Shown piece by piece: positions 16,159 through 23,462 of a stretch of DNA of 32,000 nt (the first letter of the stretch is position 1; each line of letters opens with the position of its first letter). Source of the DNA: Erysipelothrix inopinata (lineage in GTDB: Bacteria; Bacillota_I; Bacilli_A; Erysipelotrichales; Erysipelotrichaceae). The stretch is from the NCBI RefSeq assembly GCF_014396165.1, contig NZ_CP060715.1, positions 1,020,001 to 1,052,000 on the forward strand. Direction: 5' to 3'. The notes below the pieces were generated by a model, which had not been told where the DNA came from, did not search any database, and saw nothing but the letters and a program-made list of their open reading frames with translations. A program made the translations under genes and the position numbers.

Positions 16159-17739
16159 ATGAAAGATTCGTCAAAGACGAAAGCGACAATTGACAAGAGT
16201 TTGTTTTTTATTCCGTTAGGAATTGTTATTGTCTTCTGTGCATTGGTTGCGGTATTCCCGGATTCGTCCACTGCAGCATTTAATGCAATATTTGGGGTTA
16301 TTACAGGGAACTTTGGTTGGGCATTGCAATGGTTTTTCTTTGCAAACACAATCATTATGATCTACTTATCATTTAGTAAATACGGTGATAAAAAATTAGG
16401 AAATGAAAAACCGGAATTTAGTACTCCGGTATGGCTAGGAATGCTCTTCGCAGCAGGAACTTCTGGAGTAGCAATTTATTGGGGATTCAGTGAATGGTTT
16501 CAATATGCTGTTGCCCCACCATTTGGATTAGAACCATTATCAAGACAAGCTATGACTTATGCTTCGACATATAGTTTCTTCCACTGGGGACCTTCAGCTT
16601 ATGGGCTCTATGCAACAGTAGCTGTTGTATTTGGTTTCTTCTTCTTTGTAAAAAGAGAAGACACAAACAGACCAAGCGTTGCATGTGCATCAGTTATTGG
16701 TGAGAAAAACGCTAAAGGTTTACTTGGTAAAATTATTGATATCGTTTATATGATGGGAATCATTGGCGCTGTTTCTGCTGCTATTGGTTTATCGACACCG
16801 TTAATTAGTGCGATTATTGCTGATCTACTAAATATTGAAACATCACTTTGGATCGATGCAGGAATTCTTGTATTCTTTACAATTTTCTTCGTCTTCGGTG
16901 TCTATGGTGGATTACAAAAATCTATGAAATTTATTAGTAATTTAAAACTTGCATTGGTTATTGGACTTCTTGCATTTGTATTCTTAATTGGACCAAAATC
17001 ATACATGTTAAATACATTTACTGATAGTATGGGTATCTTTATTAGTGACTACTTTAAGATGATGTTTGCTACTGAACCTCATACTGCAGGGACATTCCCG
17101 CAATCATGTACTTTATTCTTCTTTGCTTGGTGGTCAGCTTATGCATTGAATACAGGAATTTTCCTTGCTCGTATCTCACGAGGTCGTTCCATTAAACAAC
17201 TTGTATTAGGCTCAACTGCAGCTTCATGTATTGGATGCTGGTTACATTTCATTGTTCTAGGTTATTATGGAATGCACGCATATGAAACAGGTGTTGTGGA
17301 TGTTATTCATATTTTCCAAACCCAAGGAATTACCGACGCAATCATCGCAATTATTAAAACAATGCCAATCGCTACGGTTGTCCTTGTTGTCATGTTAGTA
17401 GTTATGGCAGTTTCAACCGTTACCGTTATTAATAGTGCAGCATATACACTTTCAATAGTTTCGACAAACAATCTACCAGCTGATGAAGAACCTGGTCGAG
17501 CAAATCGAATTTTCTGGGCAATTGCTCTGGGAGCATTAGGACTTGTGCTGATCTTTATTGGTGGTTTAGGACCAATTCAAACAATCAGTTTATCAACAGG
17601 TATTCTAACCATGGTTATTATCGTAATAATCTTTATTGCTTTCTTTAAATATGATGGCAAGAAGTGGGATGAATATATGGAACGCAATGAGCGTTTGGAT
17701 GCAGAAGCAAAAGAGAAAAAAGTGGAGGTTCAAGAATGA
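16159..17739 (+). CDS. BCCT-family (betaine/carnitine/choline-type) transporter
   Basis: 526 aa with about 12 TM helices. AAGGAGGAG RBS. Trp/Gly-rich helix motifs typical of BCCT carriers (WALQWFFF, FSEWFQY, FHWGPSAYGLY, FFAWWSAYA). Confidence 0.85.
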   Translation: MKDSSKTKATIDKSLFFIPLGIVIVFCALVAVFPDSSTAAFNAIFGVITGNFGWALQWFFFANTIIMIYLSFSKYGDKKLGNEKPEFSTPVWLGMLFAAGTSGVAIYWGFSEWFQYAVAPPFGLEPLSRQAMTYASTYSFFHWGPSAYGLYATVAVVFGFFFFVKREDTNRPSVACASVIGEKNAKGLLGKIIDIVYMMGIIGAVSAAIGLSTPLISAIIADLLNIETSLWIDAGILVFFTIFFVFGVYGGLQKSMKFISNLKLALVIGLLAFVFLIGPKSYMLNTFTDSMGIFISDYFKMMFATEPHTAGTFPQSCTLFFFAWWSAYALNTGIFLARISRGRSIKQLVLGSTAASCIGCWLHFIVLGYYGMHAYETGVVDVIHIFQTQGITDAIIAIIKTMPIATVVLVVMLVVMAVSTVTVINSAAYTLSIVSTNNLPADEEPGRANRIFWAIALGALGLVLIFIGGLGPIQTISLSTGILTMVIIVIIFIAFFKYDGKKWDEYMERNERLDAEAKEKKVEVQE

Positions 17740-18695
17740 TATATATAACTGAAGAACAAATTCAAAATATTGTAAATATGCCAATGGCACTCGATGTTTT
17801 CCGTCAAGCATATATCGATAATACGAAAGAATTAATTTACACTGGGGGCCGCATTGTAATGCCAATTATTGATGTGGAAAATAGTGGTCAGTGGTTGACA
17901 GCCATCTCTAAATCTCAACCTTACTTCGGCTCTAAATTCTCATCAGTTTTCCCAGGAAATCTGAATAAAGGATTACCAAGTGTCATGTCTACAATTAGTC
18001 TCTATTCAACTGAAACCGGAGAGCTCAAAGCGTTACTCGAAGCAAACTATCTTACTGCTATTAAAACTGGCGGTAGTGCTGGAGTTGCTACAGATGTCAT
18101 GGCAAGAAAAGATGCATCAAAATTAGGGATTATTGGGTCTGGACTACAAGCATTTACGCAAGTACTGGCAATTCAAGAAGTTCGTGATCTCGAAGAATTG
18201 CATGTCTATGATATTAAGCCAGAATATGTTGAAGGGTTCATAGAACGTATCAAGAAAGTTCAAAATAGACCATACAAAATAATTGCGGAACCAACAGCTG
18301 ATGCGTGTGTTGCTGCATCAGATATAATCTGTACATGTACAACTTCACATACCCCTGTTTTCAGCGCTAAGGCACTACAACCTGGAACGCATGTTAATGC
18401 TATTGGATCATTCACACCTTATATGCAAGAAATTGAAGATGAGGTTGTTGTCATGTCCAGTAGAATCATCACAGAACATGTTGATGGATTGTGGGCAGCA
18501 GCTGGAGATGTCATTATTCCAGTAGAAAAAGGTCTTGTTTCAAAAGAAAAAGTTGTCGGATCTGTTGGTGACGTGCTTGTGGGAAATGTCATAGCTCGTG
18601 AAAATGATACTGAAATTACACTTTATGAAAGTGTCGGATCATGCGTATTGGACGTAGCAATCGCGATTGCATCATTTGAAGAAATTACAAAATAA
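17736..18695 (+). CDS. Ornithine cyclodeaminase / mu-crystallin-family NAD(P)-dependent enzyme
   Basis: 319 aa with ATGA start/stop overlap with the transporter. Contains NYLTAIKTGGSAGVATD, Rossmann GIIGSGLQA, HVNAIGSFTPYMQE and ESVGSCVLDVAIA. Confidence 0.82.
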   Translation: MIYITEEQIQNIVNMPMALDVFRQAYIDNTKELIYTGGRIVMPIIDVENSGQWLTAISKSQPYFGSKFSSVFPGNLNKGLPSVMSTISLYSTETGELKALLEANYLTAIKTGGSAGVATDVMARKDASKLGIIGSGLQAFTQVLAIQEVRDLEELHVYDIKPEYVEGFIERIKKVQNRPYKIIAEPTADACVAASDIICTCTTSHTPVFSAKALQPGTHVNAIGSFTPYMQEIEDEVVVMSSRIITEHVDGLWAAAGDVIIPVEKGLVSKEKVVGSVGDVLVGNVIARENDTEITLYESVGSCVLDVAIAIASFEEITK

Positions 18696-19117
18696 TATCA
18701 AAATACCCTGCAAATAGGCCATTAAATCGAAATCATTCTCCTATTGAATCGTAACTATTTGCAGAAATATAAAAGTTGTAGAGGACTAAGTGGAGGAACA
18801 CATTTAGAACCAATACAACTTTTTATTTGCCTACCTCTGTTGTTTCATAAAGATAGAGGTGTTATATTTAAGGTAGAGAAAACGATTTCATATGATTGAT
18901 AATTAAACGAATCATTCCGCACTCAAAGGTTAGAAGAGTAAGCATTTCTAAAAATCTTTGATTTTTGTTAACTTAAATCTTAAGTCAATTCAGGTGTTGG
19001 ATGAAGTACTTTAAGTGTGCGCAACTATAATAATGCACAAGCGTGTTGGTGATTGTAAGGTGTCTTTAAATAATGAGATACATTTACTGTGTAACTATGT
19101 AAAGTTTTAGGAGGTCT

Positions 19118-19786
19118 ATGTCAAAGAAGATTATTGTCTTACTGACATTTTTATTAGTATTGGTAGGATGTAGTACAAGAAGAGAAATAAAATTCAATTC
19201 CGGAACCGGAGAGTTTTCAAATGGAAAATACAGTGAGAAAAAAACTGTCGAAGGATATAATATGGAAAAATATATTCCTAAGATTAAAGACGAGTATCTT
19301 CCTTATTTTTTAGGATGGGTCGATGAAAATGATGATTTTATCGATATTCAGAATATTCCTAAAAATGTGAGAACAATTACAGTGAAATGGGATGAAGAAA
19401 AAATAGTTAGTTATTTAAAAGATAAAGATGCGAAACAAATTGTCAGCGTCTTAAATGAAAAATTCAATAAATCTAACAATAATAATGACCTCAAATATAA
19501 GTTTACCTGGGAAGAGATTGAAGACAAAAAGTATATAGTTATGAATACTGTACTTATTGATCAACAACTAATCTCAATCCTTTCCAATCAACAGACAAGT
19601 GACAAGGGTCGCAAAGAGATAGTTAAAATTTATAACTCGCTTGAAACTTGTAGAGTAGAAGTTAAAAAGAACAGTTATGATCGCTATCCGGTAGCTACAC
19701 GTTTATCTCTTGACGATGAAGAAAACACGATTATCTATGAGTCCATTGATGATCGTATCTTGATAAATCTCTTTGATTTATCATAG
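19118..19786 (+). CDS. Lipoprotein, paralogue A (N-terminal Listeria/Bacteroides-repeat-like module)
   Basis: TAGGAGG RBS. MSKKIIVLLTFLLVLVGC/STRR is a lipobox. Contains the ...YLPYFLGWVDENDDFIDIQNIPK...VKWDEEK motif. Confidence 0.8.
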   Translation: MSKKIIVLLTFLLVLVGCSTRREIKFNSGTGEFSNGKYSEKKTVEGYNMEKYIPKIKDEYLPYFLGWVDENDDFIDIQNIPKNVRTITVKWDEEKIVSYLKDKDAKQIVSVLNEKFNKSNNNNDLKYKFTWEEIEDKKYIVMNTVLIDQQLISILSNQQTSDKGRKEIVKIYNSLETCRVEVKKNSYDRYPVATRLSLDDEENTIIYESIDDRILINLFDLS

Positions 19787-19824
19787 AAATAACCGTTGTT
19801 AGTACAACATGAAAGAGGAAGTTT

Positions 19825-20484
19825 ATGAAGAAAATTGCAATCACTATTTTATCGGTGTTATTACTCGCTGGATGTAGCAGTAAACGAGATATGACATTTA
19901 AAACAGATAAAATGGAATTTGAAAATGGTAAGACTGAACAAACAACTGAGGTAGAAGGTAAGAATATCGAAACATATCTACCAAAGGTAGAAGAGGAATA
20001 TCAACCGTTTGTTCTTGGTTGGGTGGACGAAGCAGGTAAAGATGTAGATGTCACAAATATACCAAAGAAAACTACAAATATTTCGGTGAAGTGGGATGTT
20101 GAAAAACTTCAAGATTATAATGATACAAAAGAGTTAGAAGAAACGCTTGTACTAATGAATAAGTATGTTAAAACTTTGAATGAAACTCCGGGTATTGAAT
20201 TTGAATTTAGCCTTGAATCGTACGAAGAAGTAAAATATATCTTTATTACAACAATAATTACCCATGAAGAATTTTTGAAAGAGTTTGCAAAGCCTAATTC
20301 ATTAGCAAGACAAAAAACAACTTTAGCGCCGATGTTTGATGCATTTGAATTGATGGCATCTCAAGTTTCAGATTTTAATGATACAAAATATCCGATTGCA
20401 ACTCGAGTGAAAGTTATGGATGCAGAAGAAACTGTGATCTATGAATCACTTTCAGGTCGTGTCGTAAAAAATATTTTAGAGTAG
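19825..20484 (+). CDS. Lipoprotein, paralogue B
   Basis: MKKIAITILSVLLLAGC/SSKR. It is collinear with paralogue A (FxNGK..E..TxVEGxNxExYxPK..EYxPxxLGWVDE...NIPK...VKWDxEK...YPxATR...EExxIYES). Confidence 0.8.
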   Translation: MKKIAITILSVLLLAGCSSKRDMTFKTDKMEFENGKTEQTTEVEGKNIETYLPKVEEEYQPFVLGWVDEAGKDVDVTNIPKKTTNISVKWDVEKLQDYNDTKELEETLVLMNKYVKTLNETPGIEFEFSLESYEEVKYIFITTIITHEEFLKEFAKPNSLARQKTTLAPMFDAFELMASQVSDFNDTKYPIATRVKVMDAEETVIYESLSGRVVKNILE

Positions 20485-20485
20485 A

Positions 20486-20538
20486 AAAAAGGAACACCGT
20501 TTAAAATGATGAGATCATTCAAAACAGTGTTCCTTTTT
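20486..20538. terminator. Bidirectional terminator between convergent genes
   Basis: AAAAAGGAACAC (20486-20497) pairs with GTGTTCCTTTTT (20527-20538). The 29-nt interior can pair further (ATGAT/ATCAT). Confidence 0.7.
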
Positions 20539-20539
20539 A

Positions 20540-21196
20540 TTATTTTTTATTTTGAATTAAGAAGTGGATTGCATCGGTAATTGATACTGGATTGTTAACT
20601 TCCGTAGCATATTCGATATATTGTACAATGTTATTTTCATCCACAACCATAATCGTACGAGCAAGCAATGCATAATCTTCCATGAGAAGATGATTATCAC
20701 GAGCAAAATCAAGAGTTTTGAAATCAGAAAGAACGACGACATTCTCAATGTCATTTGCCCCACAATAGCGATATTGCGCGAAAGGCAAGTCTGCAGAGAT
20801 TGTTAAGAAGTTTACATCTCCATAATCTGCAGCTGCAGAATCGATGTCACTCGTTTGTATAGCGCATGTTGGTGTATCCAAAGAAGGAACTGTAGTAATA
20901 ACTTTCCATCCTGAATAATCATTTAAGTTCTGTGTCTTCATTGAGTCAAATGTAGCCGTAGGTAGGGTTAGAATAGCATCGGTCGAAAGTTTATCACCAA
21001 CCTTAAGAAGGTCGTTGCCTGCAATAATAATTGCTTCGCCTTTGACGGTAAGATTTGCTGGAGTAGCAGGGCTCACAATTGGTTCAGTAGGAACTTCTGA
21101 AACTGCTGATTTTGTTTCTTTTTTAGGTGCAGGTTGACAGGCAACCAATGCAAACAATATAATCATTGCTAATAACATTTTTGTAATTTTCTTCAT
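20540..21196 (-). CDS. tpx: Thiol peroxidase (Tpx, atypical 2-Cys peroxiredoxin) with a lipoprotein signal peptide and linker
   Basis: ATG 21196 (MKKITKMLLAMIILFALVAC/QPAPKKE) is preceded by GTGAGG. The Tpx core has VPSLDTPTCAIQT (peroxidatic Cys) and LPFAQYRYCG (resolving Cys). The 5' extension to 21253 in the track has no RBS. Confidence 0.85.
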   Translation of the reverse strand: MKKITKMLLAMIILFALVACQPAPKKETKSAVSEVPTEPIVSPATPANLTVKGEAIIIAGNDLLKVGDKLSTDAILTLPTATFDSMKTQNLNDYSGWKVITTVPSLDTPTCAIQTSDIDSAAADYGDVNFLTISADLPFAQYRYCGANDIENVVVLSDFKTLDFARDNHLLMEDYALLARTIMVVDENNIVQYIEYATEVNNPVSITDAIHFLIQNKK

Positions 21197-21281
21197 AAAT
21201 AACCTCACATTTAAGTTCATTATAAGTTTAACGACTGAAATGTGACATTGCAAGAATTTAGTTTACAACTTTTTTAACTGA

Positions 21282-21312
21282 TAAAAAACATGAGTCTAAA
21301 GAAACTCATGTT
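21282..21312 (-). terminator. Rho-independent terminator after the fetB-like gene
   Basis: The minus strand reads AACATGAGT-TTCTTTAG-ACTCATGTT followed by TTTTTAT. Confidence 0.8.
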
Positions 21313-21317
21313 GTAAG

Positions 21318-22076
21318 TTAACGTATAAACTGATCATGTTGATTGAATGCTTTTCGATAAGCTAAGGTTACGGAAATGAATGATGAGATACTGGTGGTTG
21401 CTACAAGCATGAATGTAACCATAATTTGATATTGGATTGCCAATGAAGGAACTGTACCTGCAAACATTAATCCTGACATCATACCGGGTAAAGAAACAAT
21501 TCCAATCGTCTTCGCTGAATCGAGCGTTGGTTGCATACCAAGACGTATCGTTTCGTTAATAATCGATTTACTAGCTTGTTTTGGAGTAGCTCCTAAAGCA
21601 AGTTTTTCTTGTATTTGTTGTCTTTGATCTCTGAAGAAGTTATTAAGATTTCGATAAGTTAAGCCTAGTGCTGTCATGGCATTACCAGCAATCATACCAG
21701 AAATAGGAACAACTTGAGATGGTGTAAATGCAACTGAACCAGAAGCAATGAGTACACCTAAACTTAGGGTTAACGCGCTAAATATCGCAATTAGGGATAT
21801 TTTGAATCCGTCTTCCATTCCCTGACTTCGTTTGTTTGCGTTCCAAGAGGCATTAAATCCAATAACTAAAACAAGGGCGATAGTAACAATACCACTGTTT
21901 AGTCCAAAAAGGTAGGTTAGAACATAACCGACGATAATTAATTGAATCACCGCTCTTGTAATGCTATAAATTATTTCTTTGACGGTTCCTATCTTTTCTT
22001 TATATGAGATGAAAATTCCGACGCAAACAAGCAGAAAAGTCATAACAAGAGTTTGAGGACTTACATTAAGATTCAT
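21318..22076 (-). CDS. fetB: FetB/YbbM-family (UPF0014) ABC permease, putative iron exporter subunit
   Basis: 252 aa with about 7 TM helices, overlapping the upstream ATPase by 11 nt. The size, topology and pairing with a 215-aa ATPase are characteristic of FetAB. Confidence 0.65.
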   Translation of the reverse strand: MNLNVSPQTLVMTFLLVCVGIFISYKEKIGTVKEIIYSITRAVIQLIIVGYVLTYLFGLNSGIVTIALVLVIGFNASWNANKRSQGMEDGFKISLIAIFSALTLSLGVLIASGSVAFTPSQVVPISGMIAGNAMTALGLTYRNLNNFFRDQRQQIQEKLALGATPKQASKSIINETIRLGMQPTLDSAKTIGIVSLPGMMSGLMFAGTVPSLAIQYQIMVTFMLVATTSISSFISVTLAYRKAFNQHDQFIR

Positions 22077-22713
22077 AGTTTACCACACTCCCATTTTCTA
22101 TGATTATTTTATGTGTTGCATTTTCAATTTCATCCACTTGGTGTGTAACTGAAATAATGGTTAATTTTTCTTCACTATAGAGTTTATTGATAAATTTCCA
22201 CACCTCTTGTTTGCTCTCTGTATCGAGAGCACTTGTGATTTCATCTAATAGTAATACTTTGGGCATGAAGATGACATTACGAATCAATGCAACTCTTTGT
22301 TTTTCTCCACCAGAAATATCGTTGATCCCTTTGTCAATGAATCCTGACAATCCGACGGTATCCAACAGATGTTGTGCTCTACCTTCGTCAAAATCAAGTC
22401 CGCGAATTTCATAGGGAAATTTTAAATTATCCCTTACTGTCTCTCCAAAAAGAACGGGTGTTTGGAAACAATAGGATACTTCTTGTCTATATTCTTGTGG
22501 TGAATATGAGGTTTGATTCTTTTCGTGATAAATAATATCTCCAGAAGTAGGGGATATTAAAGATCCGATCATTTTCAAAAGTGTACTTTTTCCACTTCCT
22601 GATGGCCCACTTACGACAGTGAATGAACCTTCTGGTATTTCAATATTGATATTATTAAGGATATGTTGTTCCTTAACAGTGTAATTAACATCTTTAATTT
22701 CAAAACAATTCAT
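22066..22713 (-). CDS. fetA: FetA/YbbL-like ABC ATP-binding protein
   Basis: Walker A GPSGSGKST, signature ISGGEKQR, Walker B LLLDEITSALD, H-loop VTHQ. AAGGAG RBS. Confidence 0.75.
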   Translation of the reverse strand: MNCFEIKDVNYTVKEQHILNNINIEIPEGSFTVVSGPSGSGKSTLLKMIGSLISPTSGDIIYHEKNQTSYSPQEYRQEVSYCFQTPVLFGETVRDNLKFPYEIRGLDFDEGRAQHLLDTVGLSGFIDKGINDISGGEKQRVALIRNVIFMPKVLLLDEITSALDTESKQEVWKFINKLYSEEKLTIISVTHQVDEIENATHKIIIENGSVVNYES

Positions 22714-22727
22714 GGTCTCACTCCTTC

Positions 22728-22755
22728 ATAAAAAAACACTGACGAATCAGTGTTT
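22728..22755 (-). terminator. Terminator of the cupin gene, ending 1-2 nt before the fetA RBS
   Basis: The minus strand reads AAACACTGA-TTCG-TCAGTGTTT followed by TTTTAT, then GAAGGAG and ATG 22713. The stem overlaps the cupin TAA stop. Confidence 0.75.
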
Positions 22756-23173
22756 AATGTTCGTTTGGATCATCAATAGCATCTTGATGGGTTTTGTGAA
22801 CAGTTCCTTTCAAATGGTCAGGACCTGCATAAATAGTGTAAAGTTTTAAAGGTTTTGTACCAGTGTTGGTAACATTGTGCCATGTATCTGCAGGAACAAA
22901 GATAGCAAAGTCTTCCTTCACAACTTCACTGAAGTTTAAATTATCCTCAGTAGGTCCCATTTCGCATAAGCCTTCACCTTGTTCAATTCTTAGAAATTGA
23001 TCAATACCTTCATGAATTTCAAGACCAATATCATCACCAGGTTGAATCGTCATTACGGTTACTTGTAGTTGACTTCCTGTCCAAATCGTTGTTCTAAAGT
23101 TTTCGTTTTCTAATGTCATTCCTTCGATATCTTCAACAACGGGTTTCTTTCCTCTGTCTTCAAAATTGTACAT
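22754..23173 (-). CDS. Cupin-domain protein
   Basis: ATG 23173 lies 7 nt after GAGGAGGA (MYNFEDRG...). Cupin motifs IQPGDDIGLEIHEGIDQFLRIEQGEG and AIFVPADTWHNVTNTG. Confidence 0.8.
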   Translation of the reverse strand: MYNFEDRGKKPVVEDIEGMTLENENFRTTIWTGSQLQVTVMTIQPGDDIGLEIHEGIDQFLRIEQGEGLCEMGPTEDNLNFSEVVKEDFAIFVPADTWHNVTNTGTKPLKLYTIYAGPDHLKGTVHKTHQDAIDDPNEH

Positions 23174-23366
23174 CTGAAATTCCTCCTCTTTATACATATA
23201 ATGATAATCACTATCACAATCGAAATCAAGACTAATGACTAAATACTTTATTTATAATAAGAATTGTAAAAAAACTGTAAGTAGTTTTAAGAGTAAAAGG
23301 AATATCTATATAGTTTATTGTAATTTGAGTTAATTTAACTTTATTAATAATTAAAACTCTTTCCTT

Positions 23367-23389
23367 TTGTCATGGATAGGTGATGTCAA
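23367..23389. promoter_or_regulatory. Imperfect inverted repeat TTGTCAT-N9-ATGTCAA upstream of mtlA (candidate MtlR activator site)
   Basis: TTGTCAT at 23367-23373 and ATGTCAA at 23383-23389 (one mismatch to a perfect IR). It resembles, but is not identical to, the TTGNCACA-N4-TGTGNCAA type of site described for Bacillus MtlR. Confidence 0.3.
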
Positions 23390-23411
23390 CGTTAAATTAG
23401 TTGATAATATA

Positions 23412-23425
23412 TGTATGCGCATACA
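23412..23425. promoter_or_regulatory. Perfect 14-bp palindrome TGTATGCGCATACA, cre-like (CcpA) site in the mtlA promoter region
   Basis: It matches TGWAANCGNTNWCA except at the symmetric positions 5 and 10, has the central CG, and lies 38 nt upstream of ATG 23463. Confidence 0.5.
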
Positions 23426-23462
23426 GGTTATAGTATAAGTGTAAATAAAAGGAGGAGAATAT

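Noticed and set aside
21205-21245. A PerR/Fur box at the tpx promoter (TTATAATGAACTTAA on the minus strand).
   Set aside because: Only one half-site matches TTATAATnATTATAA. I report the 8-bp inverted repeat itself but do not name a regulator.
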